Assembly (NCBI GenBank): GCA_021613535.1
Contig: CP075493.1
Location: forward strand, 16,740,001-16,804,000
Source of the DNA: Adineta vaga
Taxonomy: Eukaryota; Animalia; Rotifera
Reading direction: 5' to 3'
Length of the DNA: 64,000 nt
How positions within the stretch are numbered: the first letter of the stretch is position 1; every line of letters starts with the position of its first letter. Shown here in pieces: positions 53,101 through 64,000 of this stretch. The position numbers and the translations under genes are program-made. The notes under the pieces were generated by a model. That model worked only from the letters and a program-made list of their open reading frames with translations, did no database searches and was not told the DNA's origin.

Positions 53101-54765
53101 GTAAAATTTGTTGTGTCTCGATTAGATGAATTAATCGAACGAATTCGTCATGATAAAAATGAATATAAAAATAATGAAATCGATGAATATTTACCTTTAT
53201 TTATTCTTCATGCAAATAAAGGTGATAAACAACGATCAACAAGTGATTTAAATGGTGATTTTTTACATTTTCAAATATTAATTGATTGTTTAATGAAAAT
53301 GAAATCGAATGAAGATGATAAAAAAGAATTAATAATCTTATGTAAACAACAATATAAAAGAAATTCTAAAGAATTAAAAAAAATTCATCAATTTGAAAAA
53401 GAATATTTATCTGAAAATGCTTTATGGTGGTATACAAGAGATTCATTCTTATATAAAATGTTAAATAAAGCACTTCGTATACAAAATATTCATTTACTTT
53501 ATCTTTTTCGTTTTTTAATTCGTCATATTGGAAAACAATTAAAAAAATATCAATGTCAAACATCAATTCGTGTTTATCGTGCACAATTAATGACAAATGA
53601 TGAAATTGAAATGATACAAAATTCTCTTGGACAATTTATTTCAATAAATTCATTTTTTTCGACCTCATTCGATTATAATTATGCTCGAGCATTTTTTTCT
53701 AAAACTGATAATTTAAATGGATATAAACGAGTTTGTTTTGTTATTGATGCTGATCCAACAATTGAAAATGTTCAACCATTTTGTGATGTATCACGTATGA
53801 GTTATTATCCGGGTGAACGAGAAGTTCTTTTTATGATTGGTTCAATATTTCGATTAATGAAAATTCATTCTGATCAGCAGGGTATTTTCATTATTAAAAT
53901 GAAATTATTTTCAATGAATGATCAAAGTCTTATTGAACTTTATGAACATATGCAAAAACGTGGAACAAATGGAGAAACAAATTTATTAGATTTTGCTGAT
54001 GTTTTAACAGATATGAGTAAATGGAATGATGCACAAAGATATTATCAAAGATATTTAGAAAAGAATTTTTCAACAAAGATCGATATTGATAAATGTTATG
54101 CTGGATTGGGAAGTTTAGCTTATAGAAAAGGTGATTTAGATTCAAGTTTAATATGGCATTATAAAGCATTAGATATTCGATGTCAAACATTACAATCAGA
54201 TAGTCAATGTATTGGAGAAAGTTATAATAGTATTGGTAATGCTTATGAAAAGAAAAAAGCTTTTCCAAATGCATTAGAATCATATGAAAAAGCTTTGAAA
54301 ATCTTTCGAAGAACATGTGGAAATGAACATATTTATGTTGCAACATGTATGAATAATATGGGAAATACTTATATGGGAATGAATATGTATGAAGATACTT
54401 TACAATTTTATCAAAATGCTTTAATTATTCTTAAGAAACATCTGCCTACTGATCATGTTAATATTGGAAGTTCATATAAAAATATTGGAAATGTTCTTTC
54501 AAGTTTAGGTCATTATGATCAAGCTTTATCTTATCTAAATTATTCTTTAGAAATTTATAAAAAATCTCGTCCTTCATTACATCCTTCAATTGCTTCAACA
54601 TTAAGAAATATTGGTCTTATTTATCAAAATATCAAAGATTATCAACAAGCATTGAGTTATTTTGAAAAATCAGCGTACATTTTTCACCAGTCATATCCTC
54701 CAGCACATCCTGATGTAATTGAAATTGATCAAAATATTCGTTATGTTGTTTCGAAATTAAAATAA
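53101..54765 (+). CDS. ADP-ribosyltransferase + TPR-repeat protein (5' exon not identified)
   Basis: 'ALWWYTRDSFLY', 'VYRAQ', 'FFSTS', 'EREVLF', then ~6 TPRs; begins after a tttag acceptor at 53100. Confidence 0.85.
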   Translation, partial: VKFVVSRLDELIERIRHDKNEYKNNEIDEYLPLFILHANKGDKQRSTSDLNGDFLHFQILIDCLMKMKSNEDDKKELIILCKQQYKRNSKELKKIHQFEKEYLSENALWWYTRDSFLYKMLNKALRIQNIHLLYLFRFLIRHIGKQLKKYQCQTSIRVYRAQLMTNDEIEMIQNSLGQFISINSFFSTSFDYNYARAFFSKTDNLNGYKRVCFVIDADPTIENVQPFCDVSRMSYYPGEREVLFMIGSIFRLMKIHSDQQGIFIIKMKLFSMNDQSLIELYEHMQKRGTNGETNLLDFADVLTDMSKWNDAQRYYQRYLEKNFSTKIDIDKCYAGLGSLAYRKGDLDSSLIWHYKALDIRCQTLQSDSQCIGESYNSIGNAYEKKKAFPNALESYEKALKIFRRTCGNEHIYVATCMNNMGNTYMGMNMYEDTLQFYQNALIILKKHLPTDHVNIGSSYKNIGNVLSSLGHYDQALSYLNYSLEIYKKSRPSLHPSIASTLRNIGLIYQNIKDYQQALSYFEKSAYIFHQSYPPAHPDVIEIDQNIRYVVSKLK

Positions 54766-54987
54766 TTATTCGTTATTCTCTCCACGTCCCTCTCCCTATC
54801 GGGACACCCCTGATGATGTTTTCTCTATGAATATAAAACTGTAAGATAGATTTCATGAGAATAAAAGAAAGACTGAATGATGATAACAAAAAAAAAAGGA
54901 ATTCTTTTTCTTTTCTAATCTTATCATTAATAAAACATACGTTTGTTGTTTTTTTTTTGAAACATTGTTTTATCATTCAACTTATTC

Positions 54988-56673
54988 ATGAAGAATATTC
55001 AATATTTAATTTCTTTATTAATTCAAATTAATTTAATAAAATCATATGAAATTCTTCCATTAAATGTTGGTGTTCATTTATTAGTTGATAATCAATATAT
55101 TGAAAATTCATCTTCATTAGAATTTCAAAATGGTAAAATAGAAAAAGATCTTGATCATCCATTAATTTATCCTGAATATCCATGGGAAAATGCTATTCAT
55201 TTCTATACAAGTTTTTTACAAGTTCCTGCTGATTTATCAATAAATGGCAAAGCCATGTATATGTTATATTATGCATGTGCTGCATCCTATGAAGTTTTAT
55301 TTTTTAATAATGTATCTATTTGTGTTGCTAATAGTAGTGATGGTATTCATTGGGAAAAACCATTATTAACATATTATCCTTATACAAGAAATGGAAGTGA
55401 ACCACCATGTCTTACAAATATTGTATTTATAACTGATGTAAATGAATTTTTAGGTTCTGTTTTTATTGATCGACGTTTAGGAATATCTCGTTCAGAAATC
55501 TTTAAAATGACATATGAACATACTTCTAAACGTTATATATATATTGGTACATCACCTGATGGATTTATTTGGACAGAAGGTAGAAAACCAGCTCATCCAA
55601 CAGCTGGTTTATCTGATACACAAACAGTTATGTTATATTCTCCAAATAATGGTGGTCAATATATTTTATATGGTCGATTAAATTCTGCTGTATCAAATAC
55701 AAGTATTTATTGTCCTGGTGCTTGGTCTGTCTATAGACATGTTGTTGTTACTCTATCAACTGAAAGTGCATATGGTCCATGGTCAGAATCTGTTGAAACA
55801 TTTCCACTTGGAACACCAGATCCAATTCAATGTTTTGATAATTATAATCCAGCTGCTTTATTATATCATGATGTTTATTTTCTTTTTCCTTCAGGATATC
55901 TTCATTGGGCAGAAGAACATTCTGGTGCACCAATTCCACGTGCAGCTCAAAATGATGGAGTTATGGATATTCGATTAGCGATTAGTCGTATTGCACATGG
56001 TCCTTTTAATTTTCTAACAAGAGATCCATTTATATCACGTGGAATTGGTTCAATTGATCCAAAATCGAAATTAGTTAATGGTACTGGAAGTGATCGTGAT
56101 GCTGGATTTGTTTTTTCATCATCAAATGGTTTAATGGATCCTGATTTTATTCTATCGAACATCGATACACCTTCATCATGGATGTATCATATCTATTGGG
56201 GTTCACAAACAACACATGCTGGTGGTGGAGCATATTTAAGTCGATATTGGCCAGGTGCATTTACAGGTATATTTAAAGCACGTTTACGTCGAGAAGGTTA
56301 TGTTTCTCTTTCAACATTATCATCAAATCCAACAGGTTATGGTTGGTTTATTTCTAAAGTAGTATCATTACCTGAGAAGAAGAAGAATACAAATCAACAA
56401 TTACAAATGTATATCAATGCTGATACATCAACAGCTGGTTTTTTTGCTATTCAATTTGAAGATGGTTTAACAAGAAATCCAATTGAAGGATATACATTTG
56501 ATCAATGTAAAACATTACATCAAAATGGAATTCGACAATTATTACAATGGCGTCAACAAAATGGAACTTATTCAGGAAATTTAACTCAACTTGTCAATTA
56601 TTCAAATGGTATTCGAATTCATATACATATGGCACATACAAAATTGTATTCTTTTATTTTATCATATGTTTAA
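54988..56673 (+). CDS. Secreted intronless beta-propeller glycoside hydrolase-like protein of bacterial type
   Basis: Signal peptide; 'HLLVDNQYIE', 'YPWE', Asp-box-like 'SSDGIHWEKP' and 'SPDGFIWT', 'SDTQ', 'ARLRREGYVSL', C-terminal beta-sandwich ending 'KLYSF'. Confidence 0.75.
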   Translation: MKNIQYLISLLIQINLIKSYEILPLNVGVHLLVDNQYIENSSSLEFQNGKIEKDLDHPLIYPEYPWENAIHFYTSFLQVPADLSINGKAMYMLYYACAASYEVLFFNNVSICVANSSDGIHWEKPLLTYYPYTRNGSEPPCLTNIVFITDVNEFLGSVFIDRRLGISRSEIFKMTYEHTSKRYIYIGTSPDGFIWTEGRKPAHPTAGLSDTQTVMLYSPNNGGQYILYGRLNSAVSNTSIYCPGAWSVYRHVVVTLSTESAYGPWSESVETFPLGTPDPIQCFDNYNPAALLYHDVYFLFPSGYLHWAEEHSGAPIPRAAQNDGVMDIRLAISRIAHGPFNFLTRDPFISRGIGSIDPKSKLVNGTGSDRDAGFVFSSSNGLMDPDFILSNIDTPSSWMYHIYWGSQTTHAGGGAYLSRYWPGAFTGIFKARLRREGYVSLSTLSSNPTGYGWFISKVVSLPEKKKNTNQQLQMYINADTSTAGFFAIQFEDGLTRNPIEGYTFDQCKTLHQNGIRQLLQWRQQNGTYSGNLTQLVNYSNGIRIHIHMAHTKLYSFILSYV

Positions 56674-56691
56674 TTCAAATAAAAAGAAAAA

Positions 56692-56709
56692 TTTGAGTGT
56701 GGGTGTGAA
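56692..56709. repeat. One-armed (G-rich) copy of the telomeric element
   Basis: tttgagtgtgggtgtgaa, 18 bp after a stop codon. Confidence 0.5.
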
Positions 56710-57429
56710 TGAAAAAATAACGCTACTCGTATCTAAAATAGTCAAGTTTAGAAATGTTGAATAATATACTTTTAAAAACATGTTCAATGTTTATTTTAAA
56801 CACCATGTACTTGTTTATTTATATAACATCAGTTTATACCTAAAAAAGACAAATTCGAACTTTTTAATACCTGATTTGTATTTGTCGTATAAAGATTAAT
56901 AAATATTTAATCTATAGACTATTCATTTCATCATCACATCATATCTTATGATATTTCAAATATGTTTATTTCTTAATCAATTTATACAATATAATAAAGA
57001 TCTGTTGAGGACTAAACATTAAGAATGATTGTCATTTTCTCATTAATACTTTCACTTACACCCAAAAAATGGTCTTATTCAAATGATATTGAAGTAGTTT
57101 TGCTGGATAAGAGAAATATCTCTCTGATGATGATGATAATAATAATAATAATGTTCATTTATCTCATCAAGTAGAAAAATCATTTTTTCATTAAAATATT
57201 CACTTATCTCAATTAGATGAATAAAAAAAGCTTGAGATGTTATTCTTTTATTTTTAAAATTATAAAGAAATGTATCGAGACATAAAATTATAGAAGAGAA
57301 AATAAAAAGATATTATTAATATATAATTCAAAGGACAGTTCTGCACTTAATAACTTTTATAAATAATAAGTTGTTTTATAAACATTTCTCTTTCTATCTT
57401 ATCAAATAGAGTTTGAATTCAATTTTGTA

Positions 57430-58487
57430 ATGAATTCAACAAATATAAATGTTCGTGATAGTACAATTGTTTTTCTTCGATCAATGCGAATTAATATTAA
57501 TATTTACCTTGGAATATTTTTATTAATTATGGGTAATATTAGTTGTATTGGTAATCTTTTAGTTTATCGATCATCATTATTTCGTCGTCGAGCTTATACA
57601 ATTTATTTAATTTGTCAAAGTTTTTCTGATTTAATTGTATTAAATTTTATACTTCTTACACGAATAATTGAAAAGGGTTTTAATATTCGAGTAAAAACAG
57701 TTTCTGTTTATATATGTAAAAGTCGACAATTTGCTGAATATTATTTTTATTTATGTTCTTTTACATTCTTTACATTAGCATCAATTGATCGAATTCTCTC
57801 AACACAACGGTCAAATAGTAAATATGATCATTTTATATAATAGAATTTCTATTTCATTTTATTTTAGTCTATCGAAAATGGAGTAATCGTATTTCATTAG
57901 CATATAAATTAGTAATTATTTCAAGTCTCTTCTGGTTTTCAATTTTAGTTCATCGAGCTATTGTCTATAAATTAGAAGATGATGATTGTGATCCACCATC
58001 TGAACTTTATGATACTATTGATCAATATTTAGAAGCTATTTTACTTAATATATTTCCACTCACGACTGTTTTCATATTAGTTTATCTTTTACGAAGATCA
58101 TTAAAAAATACTTTACAACGTCAAACAAATATAGTACCTGTTATAATAAAACAATCTCAACTTCATCATATCGATTCTCAATTGACATTAATGTTATTTC
58201 TTCAAGCAATTGTTGCAATTGTTTCATTTCTTCCTTATGGACTTCGACTACTTTATGATGTAGTTAATAAAAGATGGAATAAAACACCATTACAAGAATC
58301 TATCGATGATGTTATTGGACAATTTACTAAAATACTTTCTTTTACTTTTTTTTCTTCGAGTTTTCATATTTCAATTCTTTCAAGTCGTGGATTTCGTCGT
58401 GAAATTAAACGTTTATTTCAAATTAATAAGATTCATTCATCAATCAATGAAAATGCAAATACTGCTACACAACGTCCTCTTGAATAG
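57430..58487 (+). CDS. Rhodopsin-like chemoreceptor GPCR (intron 57818-57867)
   Basis: Seven hydrophobic segments; 'GNISCIGNLLVY', 'CKSRQF', 'LASIDR', 'LTLMLFLQ', 'SRGFRRE'. Confidence 0.85.
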
Positions 58488-58962
58488 ATATATATTTGAG
58501 AATGTCATGTAGACGTGACTTTCTCTTTTCATCTCTTCATTTTTTTAATATATGTTAGAGTTTAATTTTCGTTTAGTAAAATAAAATTTAATAAGACAAA
58601 GTTTCTTATATCTCTTGGTAGAAACAGATCTTTATCATGGTTTTTTCTGTTTCAAATCGAATCGAATTTTATTGTATCCGTATAGATGAATATATTTCAA
58701 ACAGATTTTGCCTTCGATTATAGTTATAAGAAAAAGAGAACGTTAACTGATGTCAAGTATATCTGTTTATTTCTTATCTTATCATCATGAAAGAATTCGA
58801 ATATACTGATATTTCGTTTTCTTTCATTTTGTAGATATTCATGTAGTATTTTATTACTTTACAATTCAAATCGTGGAGAGAAACACGAAAAAAACAAATC
58901 CAAAAGTTATGTGAGTTAAAAATAAAGATTTTCTTCTTTTTTTTAATATGTCATTATAAGAG

Positions 58963-60963
58963 ATCATTTATATCAGTTGTTCGAGACGTAGTTTATACTT
59001 TCTTCGAAAAGATTTATTTGGAATAGAAATCCATTTTAGGGTATTCGTCATTATAACTTTTGTTTTCCTCATAATCGCCGGTGTTCTTATAGCGGCATCA
59101 GAGATTAATCATAAACCAAACCAAGAACATGTGAGTGATGGTCTTCCTGCAAACAATCCTATGAAACAGCCTTGGATCTGGCCTTTGCCACAAACATGGC
59201 ATCGTGGAAATAAAACTATACAGATTTCTGAAAATGTCCGTTTCGACTTCAAAAGTCAAAGTTCAATTTTGACCAAAGGTACCGAACGTTACCTGAAACT
59301 AATGTTTTTAAAAGATGTTTATCCAATGATTCCTTATAATTGGTCTACAACTGCATCTTCTATAACTAGTGTAGTAAACATGATTAACATTCAAGTGGAC
59401 GACACTTCTGAAGAACTTAGTATAGAAACAGATGAATCCTACGAGTTGATTATTCCAGCCGTTCCAGACGAAAAAATGATTATTAAGGTCAAGACTGTCT
59501 ATGGCGCTCTGTATGCAATTGAAACTCTATCCCAATTGATTCAATGGTCACCGAATCATCGCGCTTTTGTCATTCCAAATGCTCCTTGGAATATTATTGA
59601 TTATCCCAAATATAAACATAGAGGACTTTTGCTTGATACTTCGCGTCACTATTACGATACAAAAGATATCTATAAAGTTATTGATACGATGTCATGGAAT
59701 AAGATGAATGTTTTTCACTGGCATTTCATTGATGCAACATCATTCCCATACGTTTCTAAAGCTTATCCGCAGTTGGCTGCTAAAGGAGCGTATAGTTCTA
59801 GACATCAATACAAGGCTGAAGATATTCGCGATTTAATCCAATATGCAAAGGAACGTGGTATACGTGTAATACCAGAAGTTGAAGCTCCTGGTCATAGTAC
59901 TTCATGGGCTTATGGTAAGGATTTCTAATGTTATAAATTCAATGCTGTAAAGTCATCGAAGTTTAATTCAGGTATTCCTGAAATTGGTTCATGCATAAAC
60001 AAAGTTCCATATGCAGGTTATACTATTCAGCCACCAAGTGGTCAACTCAATATTGCTAATAAAAAGACAAAAGAAGTTGTTAACACTATTATTGATGAAC
60101 TAGTTGAATTATTTACTGATTCATGGTTCCATGCATCTGGTAAAAATTATCTGATATTTTGAATTGTGATATAAAATCATTTACAGGTGACGAAGTGATA
60201 ATGGATTGTTGGACTAATGATACTGAAATTGCATTGTATTTGACAAAGAATAACATGACTATTATGCAGCTTTTTCAAGAATTTGCTTTCGATATGCAAA
60301 ATCATATTCGTTCTCATAAGAAGACTGTTATTGTCTGGCAAGAAATGTTATTAAAATATAATTTTCTTCTACCCATAGATACAATTATTCAAATTTGGAT
60401 TGGTTCTTCAGGTATCAAAGCTGCAACTAAAAAAGGTTATAAAATTGTGGTATCTACAAGTGATTATTGGTATTTGGATATTGGTTATGGTAAACCTCGA
60501 AGTAATCCTTATCCAGATGTACCAGGAACAGGATATAATCATTGGAATAGAATGTATTCATATGATATTAGAACTAATTTGACACAAATTGAATCTGCTT
60601 TGATTCAAGGAGGAGAAGTTTGTATGTGGAGTGAATTAGCTGATAAGACAAATTTTGAAGGAAAAATTTGGCCACGAGCTTCTGCAGCTGCTGAACGACT
60701 TTGGTAAATTTATCTATTTTCACTTTTTTATTTATATATTTTATTTATTCGTAATAATCAGGTCAGGATATGAAACACCTACTGGCGAAAATCTAACCAG
60801 TGACGATGCCATTCTTCGTCTTCTACCATGGCGAGAACTTATGGTTCTTCGAGGTACAATGGCTTCACCCCTCAATCAAGGTTTCTGTACTCGAAATCCA
60901 CTTGATTGTTTCCAAATGCCATCTTATGATAGTGTAAAATATCTCTTGTATAATTCAAAATAG
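58963..60963 (+). CDS. GH20 beta-N-acetylhexosaminidase (multi-exon; start uncertain)
   Basis: 'IWPLPQ', 'HRGLLLDTSRHY', 'KMNVFHWH', 'EAPGH', 'FHAS|GDEV', 'GGEVCMWSE', 'WPRASAAAERLW'. Confidence 0.9.
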
Positions 60964-61165
60964 AAATATTATAGAAATATCTATACGAATGACGTAATAA
61001 ACAATTCGGAAGAAATCCTGAGTTTTTTCTTTAAAACAGGAAGAAAATACAGAAAGATAATTATTTTGAAGTTGCACATTGAATAATACAAACAAAACTG
61101 ATATAAACAGCAGTGTCACATATCCCGTAGATCGGAGATACGTAACAACACTCATTTTCAAATTA

Positions 61166-61899
61166 TCAATTACAATTATATGTTAACCAAAGGTTTTTCT
61201 TATGTCCCGAACATGTATCAGTAAAAAATGATCCACCAACATAAAATTGACATATTGATGGAATAGAACTATTTGCACAATAGGAAGCCAAATATTGAGT
61301 TACATTCATTTGTATACAATTATTCTGTTGACAATTACATACGGAAGAATCATTAACACCATAACAAGCATCAACAATATTGATTGTTTGATTTGAAAAA
61401 GGACAACTAAGATTTGCATTATAATACTCTTCTATCATATATTGAGATTGAAAAGATTTCCCACAAGAATATATTGGAGTTGTTGTAGAAGAAACTTGAA
61501 TGAAAAAGAAAAGATTTCTTTATTTATAATAAAGAAAACAAACTAACCTTGTAAATGATTTGTATTTTCTTGAATTATATTTGTTGATAATTGTATATTA
61601 TCAAATGGTAATGAAAGAAAATAAATTGAACTTTGAAAATTGTTGAATAATAATAGTTGATTTGTACTATAAGATTCAGTAAATATTTCGCATGTTTCAT
61701 TATTTCGAAAACAATTTAATGAAGAAATTTTTATTGGATTTCTTAACATAAAACAGAGGCATTCTTTACAACTACCATTAATTATTGTGGGTGAATTTAA
61801 AGACAAAATTTGCATAGAAACATTATGAATTACTGGAATTTTTCTCATTTGACCAGATATTATTTGAAAGAAGATAATTCCAAAAAAGACTGAATTCAT
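61166..61899 (-). CDS. Secreted Cys-rich protein with C-terminal SUEL-type lectin domain, 2 exons
   Basis: Signal peptide, 'CKECLC...LNC...CEIF'; C-terminal domain paralogous to 13255-13533 ('TINIVDACYG...FFTDTC...KK.L..TYNCN'). Confidence 0.7.
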
Positions 61900-62212
61900 T
61901 TTCTTATTTGATTATTGAAAGAAAATATGATGATGATTGTCAACGATTTTTTTTTATAGAATATCTTTTCCATGGTTACCGTTATGTTTGTTCATTCTAT
62001 CGATCAAACTATTATTTGTTTTCTTCGGCAAATATACTATTTTATCAAAGAAAGAAAATGAAATTATTTTGTGTCAATATTTATTGATTTCTCGAGTATT
62101 TTTAAGATTAATAGCACCTGCATATGGAAACCATTGTTCTCAAGGGGAAAAAAGCGATACTTCAAATACTTTAAATACTTTTTGAAGTACGAGTGAAGTA
62201 CGACTGAAGTAC

Positions 62213-62260
62213 GGTGGGTGTGGGTGTGACTATGCTCTTAATCCACACCCACACTTTCAA
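62213..62260. repeat. Inverted telomeric-repeat element, spacer in reverse orientation
   Basis: ggtgggtgtgggtgt-gactatgctctta-atccacacccacactttcaa. Confidence 0.9.
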
Positions 62261-63414
62261 ATCGATTTTATTACTATTCTTATTTTCATCAACGAAACTT
62301 ACACGATAAAATCAAAACAATGATAACGGTTTTCTATGTATATAGTGCACCAGGTAGTTTTTGTACAAGAAATAAATTCAATATGAATTTGATTTGTATA
62401 GTATCAGATATTCCAACGGATAAACTCTCAAATGTAGATATTAAAATAGTAAATTCTCTTTCTTTTTTTAATTCAGTTGAATTCTATAGTTTTCTTTGAA
62501 TAGATTCCTTCATGTCCACATATTTTGCGTCCAGAAATCGAATGTGAAAATTCTATACCAACTTTTTTGACATTTAATAGCAAATTATGTCGAGGATGCC
62601 CACGTTGTGATTTACCAATAGGCGAACAAACCAAAGAAGATGTTTAGAATTATTAATTAAAATAAAAGATTTTTTCTTTTAATCAGAAGAAAAAATAGAA
62701 TAGTTTTCTTATTTTTTCTTTAAAGTACGTCAGTAATGTATGTTTATAATAATAATACATTCTTCATGTGCTTTCGTTCGTCACAATTCATTGCCAATAT
62801 CTATGAATAGATTTAATCATTACAGGTTATAATTGCAATTTTTACGAGTAATAAATCATACATTATTTTCAGTATACCGAGTCATTAGATAACATTGAAT
62901 ATTCTGTCGAACTATTTCGTGAGGATGTGGAGTTTAGGTGAAGATAAAACAGAAAAATCTATATCTTGATTATCAGTGATAAATATTATGCAATGTGTCA
63001 TACTTCCTAAGAAGTACTTTGAATAATCTCGGTTTTTACTGTCTAAAATACTTTCGTGATGATAATACATTATGATTTATTGCAAATCGTAAATGGATTA
63101 TAAAATTTATTGCTTCTTGTAAGCTTGGAAACTTTTAACAATTAATCATTCCGTGTATGTATATATAAAGTATGCCAATTTGAGAAAAATTTCAATATTC
63201 ATACTTTTATACAACGAAACACAAGAAATGCAGTTTTTAACAATACTTTTTCTTTTGGCGGCAGGTAATTACATTATTTGAATTCTTTTATAACGAACTA
63301 TAATTAGAATTCGTTCTAATGTGAAATACATAGCCAATATTCACTTTTGTTTTATTTGCAGGTCTTTTATGTTTTCATAAATATGCCGCCGCTAATGCAA
63401 TATATCCAACATCA

Positions 63415-63648
63415 ATGGAAGTTGACTCTATTCTGAACACGTCTGAGACAACGACATTGAATCAAACAATTAATTGGACATTAAGTGATAATTATATTCA
63501 GGCAAAAGAATCAATGGTAGTTAGAAGTGAATCGAATCAATCACTTTCAGTCGGAGCAATTATTGGAATTGTGATAGGAACAATGGCCGGTTTTTGTATA
63601 TTCTGTTGTTTCTGTATGTTTTGTTTGAAAGGTTTCTGTTCAGACTGA
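63415..63648 (+). CDS. Small single-pass membrane protein with Cys-rich tail (probably the last exon)
   Basis: TM 'LSVGAIIGIVIGTMAGFCIFCCFC'; upstream ttgcag acceptor at 63361. Confidence 0.55.
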   Translation: MEVDSILNTSETTTLNQTINWTLSDNYIQAKESMVVRSESNQSLSVGAIIGIVIGTMAGFCIFCCFCMFCLKGFCSD

Positions 63649-63827
63649 TTACCATTAATAAGTAAACCCCAAATATAAGAATTGAAATGCATCATTCTGA
63701 TGCGAAAGATCAAACAGAGATATAGTTGGCATTAGTCATATAATTTGGATCAAGTCGATTAGTAGAGAGTACATAAGCATCTAGATTGCTTGATGATATT
63801 GAATTTTAATCAATGATGGTGATGTAC

Positions 63828-63888
63828 CATCTTGAGGGTGTGGGTTAAGAGCAAAGCCACAATCTCATCCACCCACACCCTTGATATG
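63828..63888. repeat. Inverted telomeric-repeat element, consensus-like copy
   Basis: catcttgagggtgtgggt-taagagcaaagccacaatctcat-ccacccacacccttgatatg. Confidence 0.9.
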
Positions 63889-64000
63889 TCCGTAGATCGT
63901 CACTACAACACCGTAGAAAGCAATTATGAAACTTATAAAGATTGACAAGAATTCTTATAATCCAGTTCCTCATTGAAACGTTATTAAAGCAGAGATATCC

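Overview
AT-rich eukaryotic DNA with short GT-AG introns. The gene families (ADP-ribosyltransferase [ART] fusions, TPR, NHL, chemoreceptor-type GPCRs, genes of bacterial/fungal type) and the TGTGGG/TGAGGG repeats point to a bdelloid rotifer; this is an inference. Apparently intact genes: four ART fusions (ART-TM-NHL, STYXL1-ART-receiver-like, ANK-ART, ART-TPR), two beta-lactamase-family serine hydrolases, an AT3-SGNH acyltransferase, an ATD-less iGluR, an AA14-type LPMO, a secreted beta-propeller glycosidase, a GH20 hexosaminidase, two SUEL-type lectins, a GPCR and a tRNA-Arg(TCG). There are also many pseudogene fragments, a full-length mariner, several MITEs and an Athena/Penelope-like remnant with a hammerhead motif. 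The most striking unexplained signal is about 17 two-armed and about 5 one-armed copies of a 45-105 bp inverted element, (CATCTT)GAGGG(TGTGGG)n-spacer-(CCCACA)nCCCTC(AAGATG), roughly one per 3 kb. It has telomere-fusion polarity and ragged outer ends, and it repeatedly sits where unrelated gene or TE fragments are cut. The candidate explanation is telomerase (or Athena RT) templated double-strand-break repair, which may also expose the sequence of the template RNA. All family assignments come from motif recognition; no searches were run.
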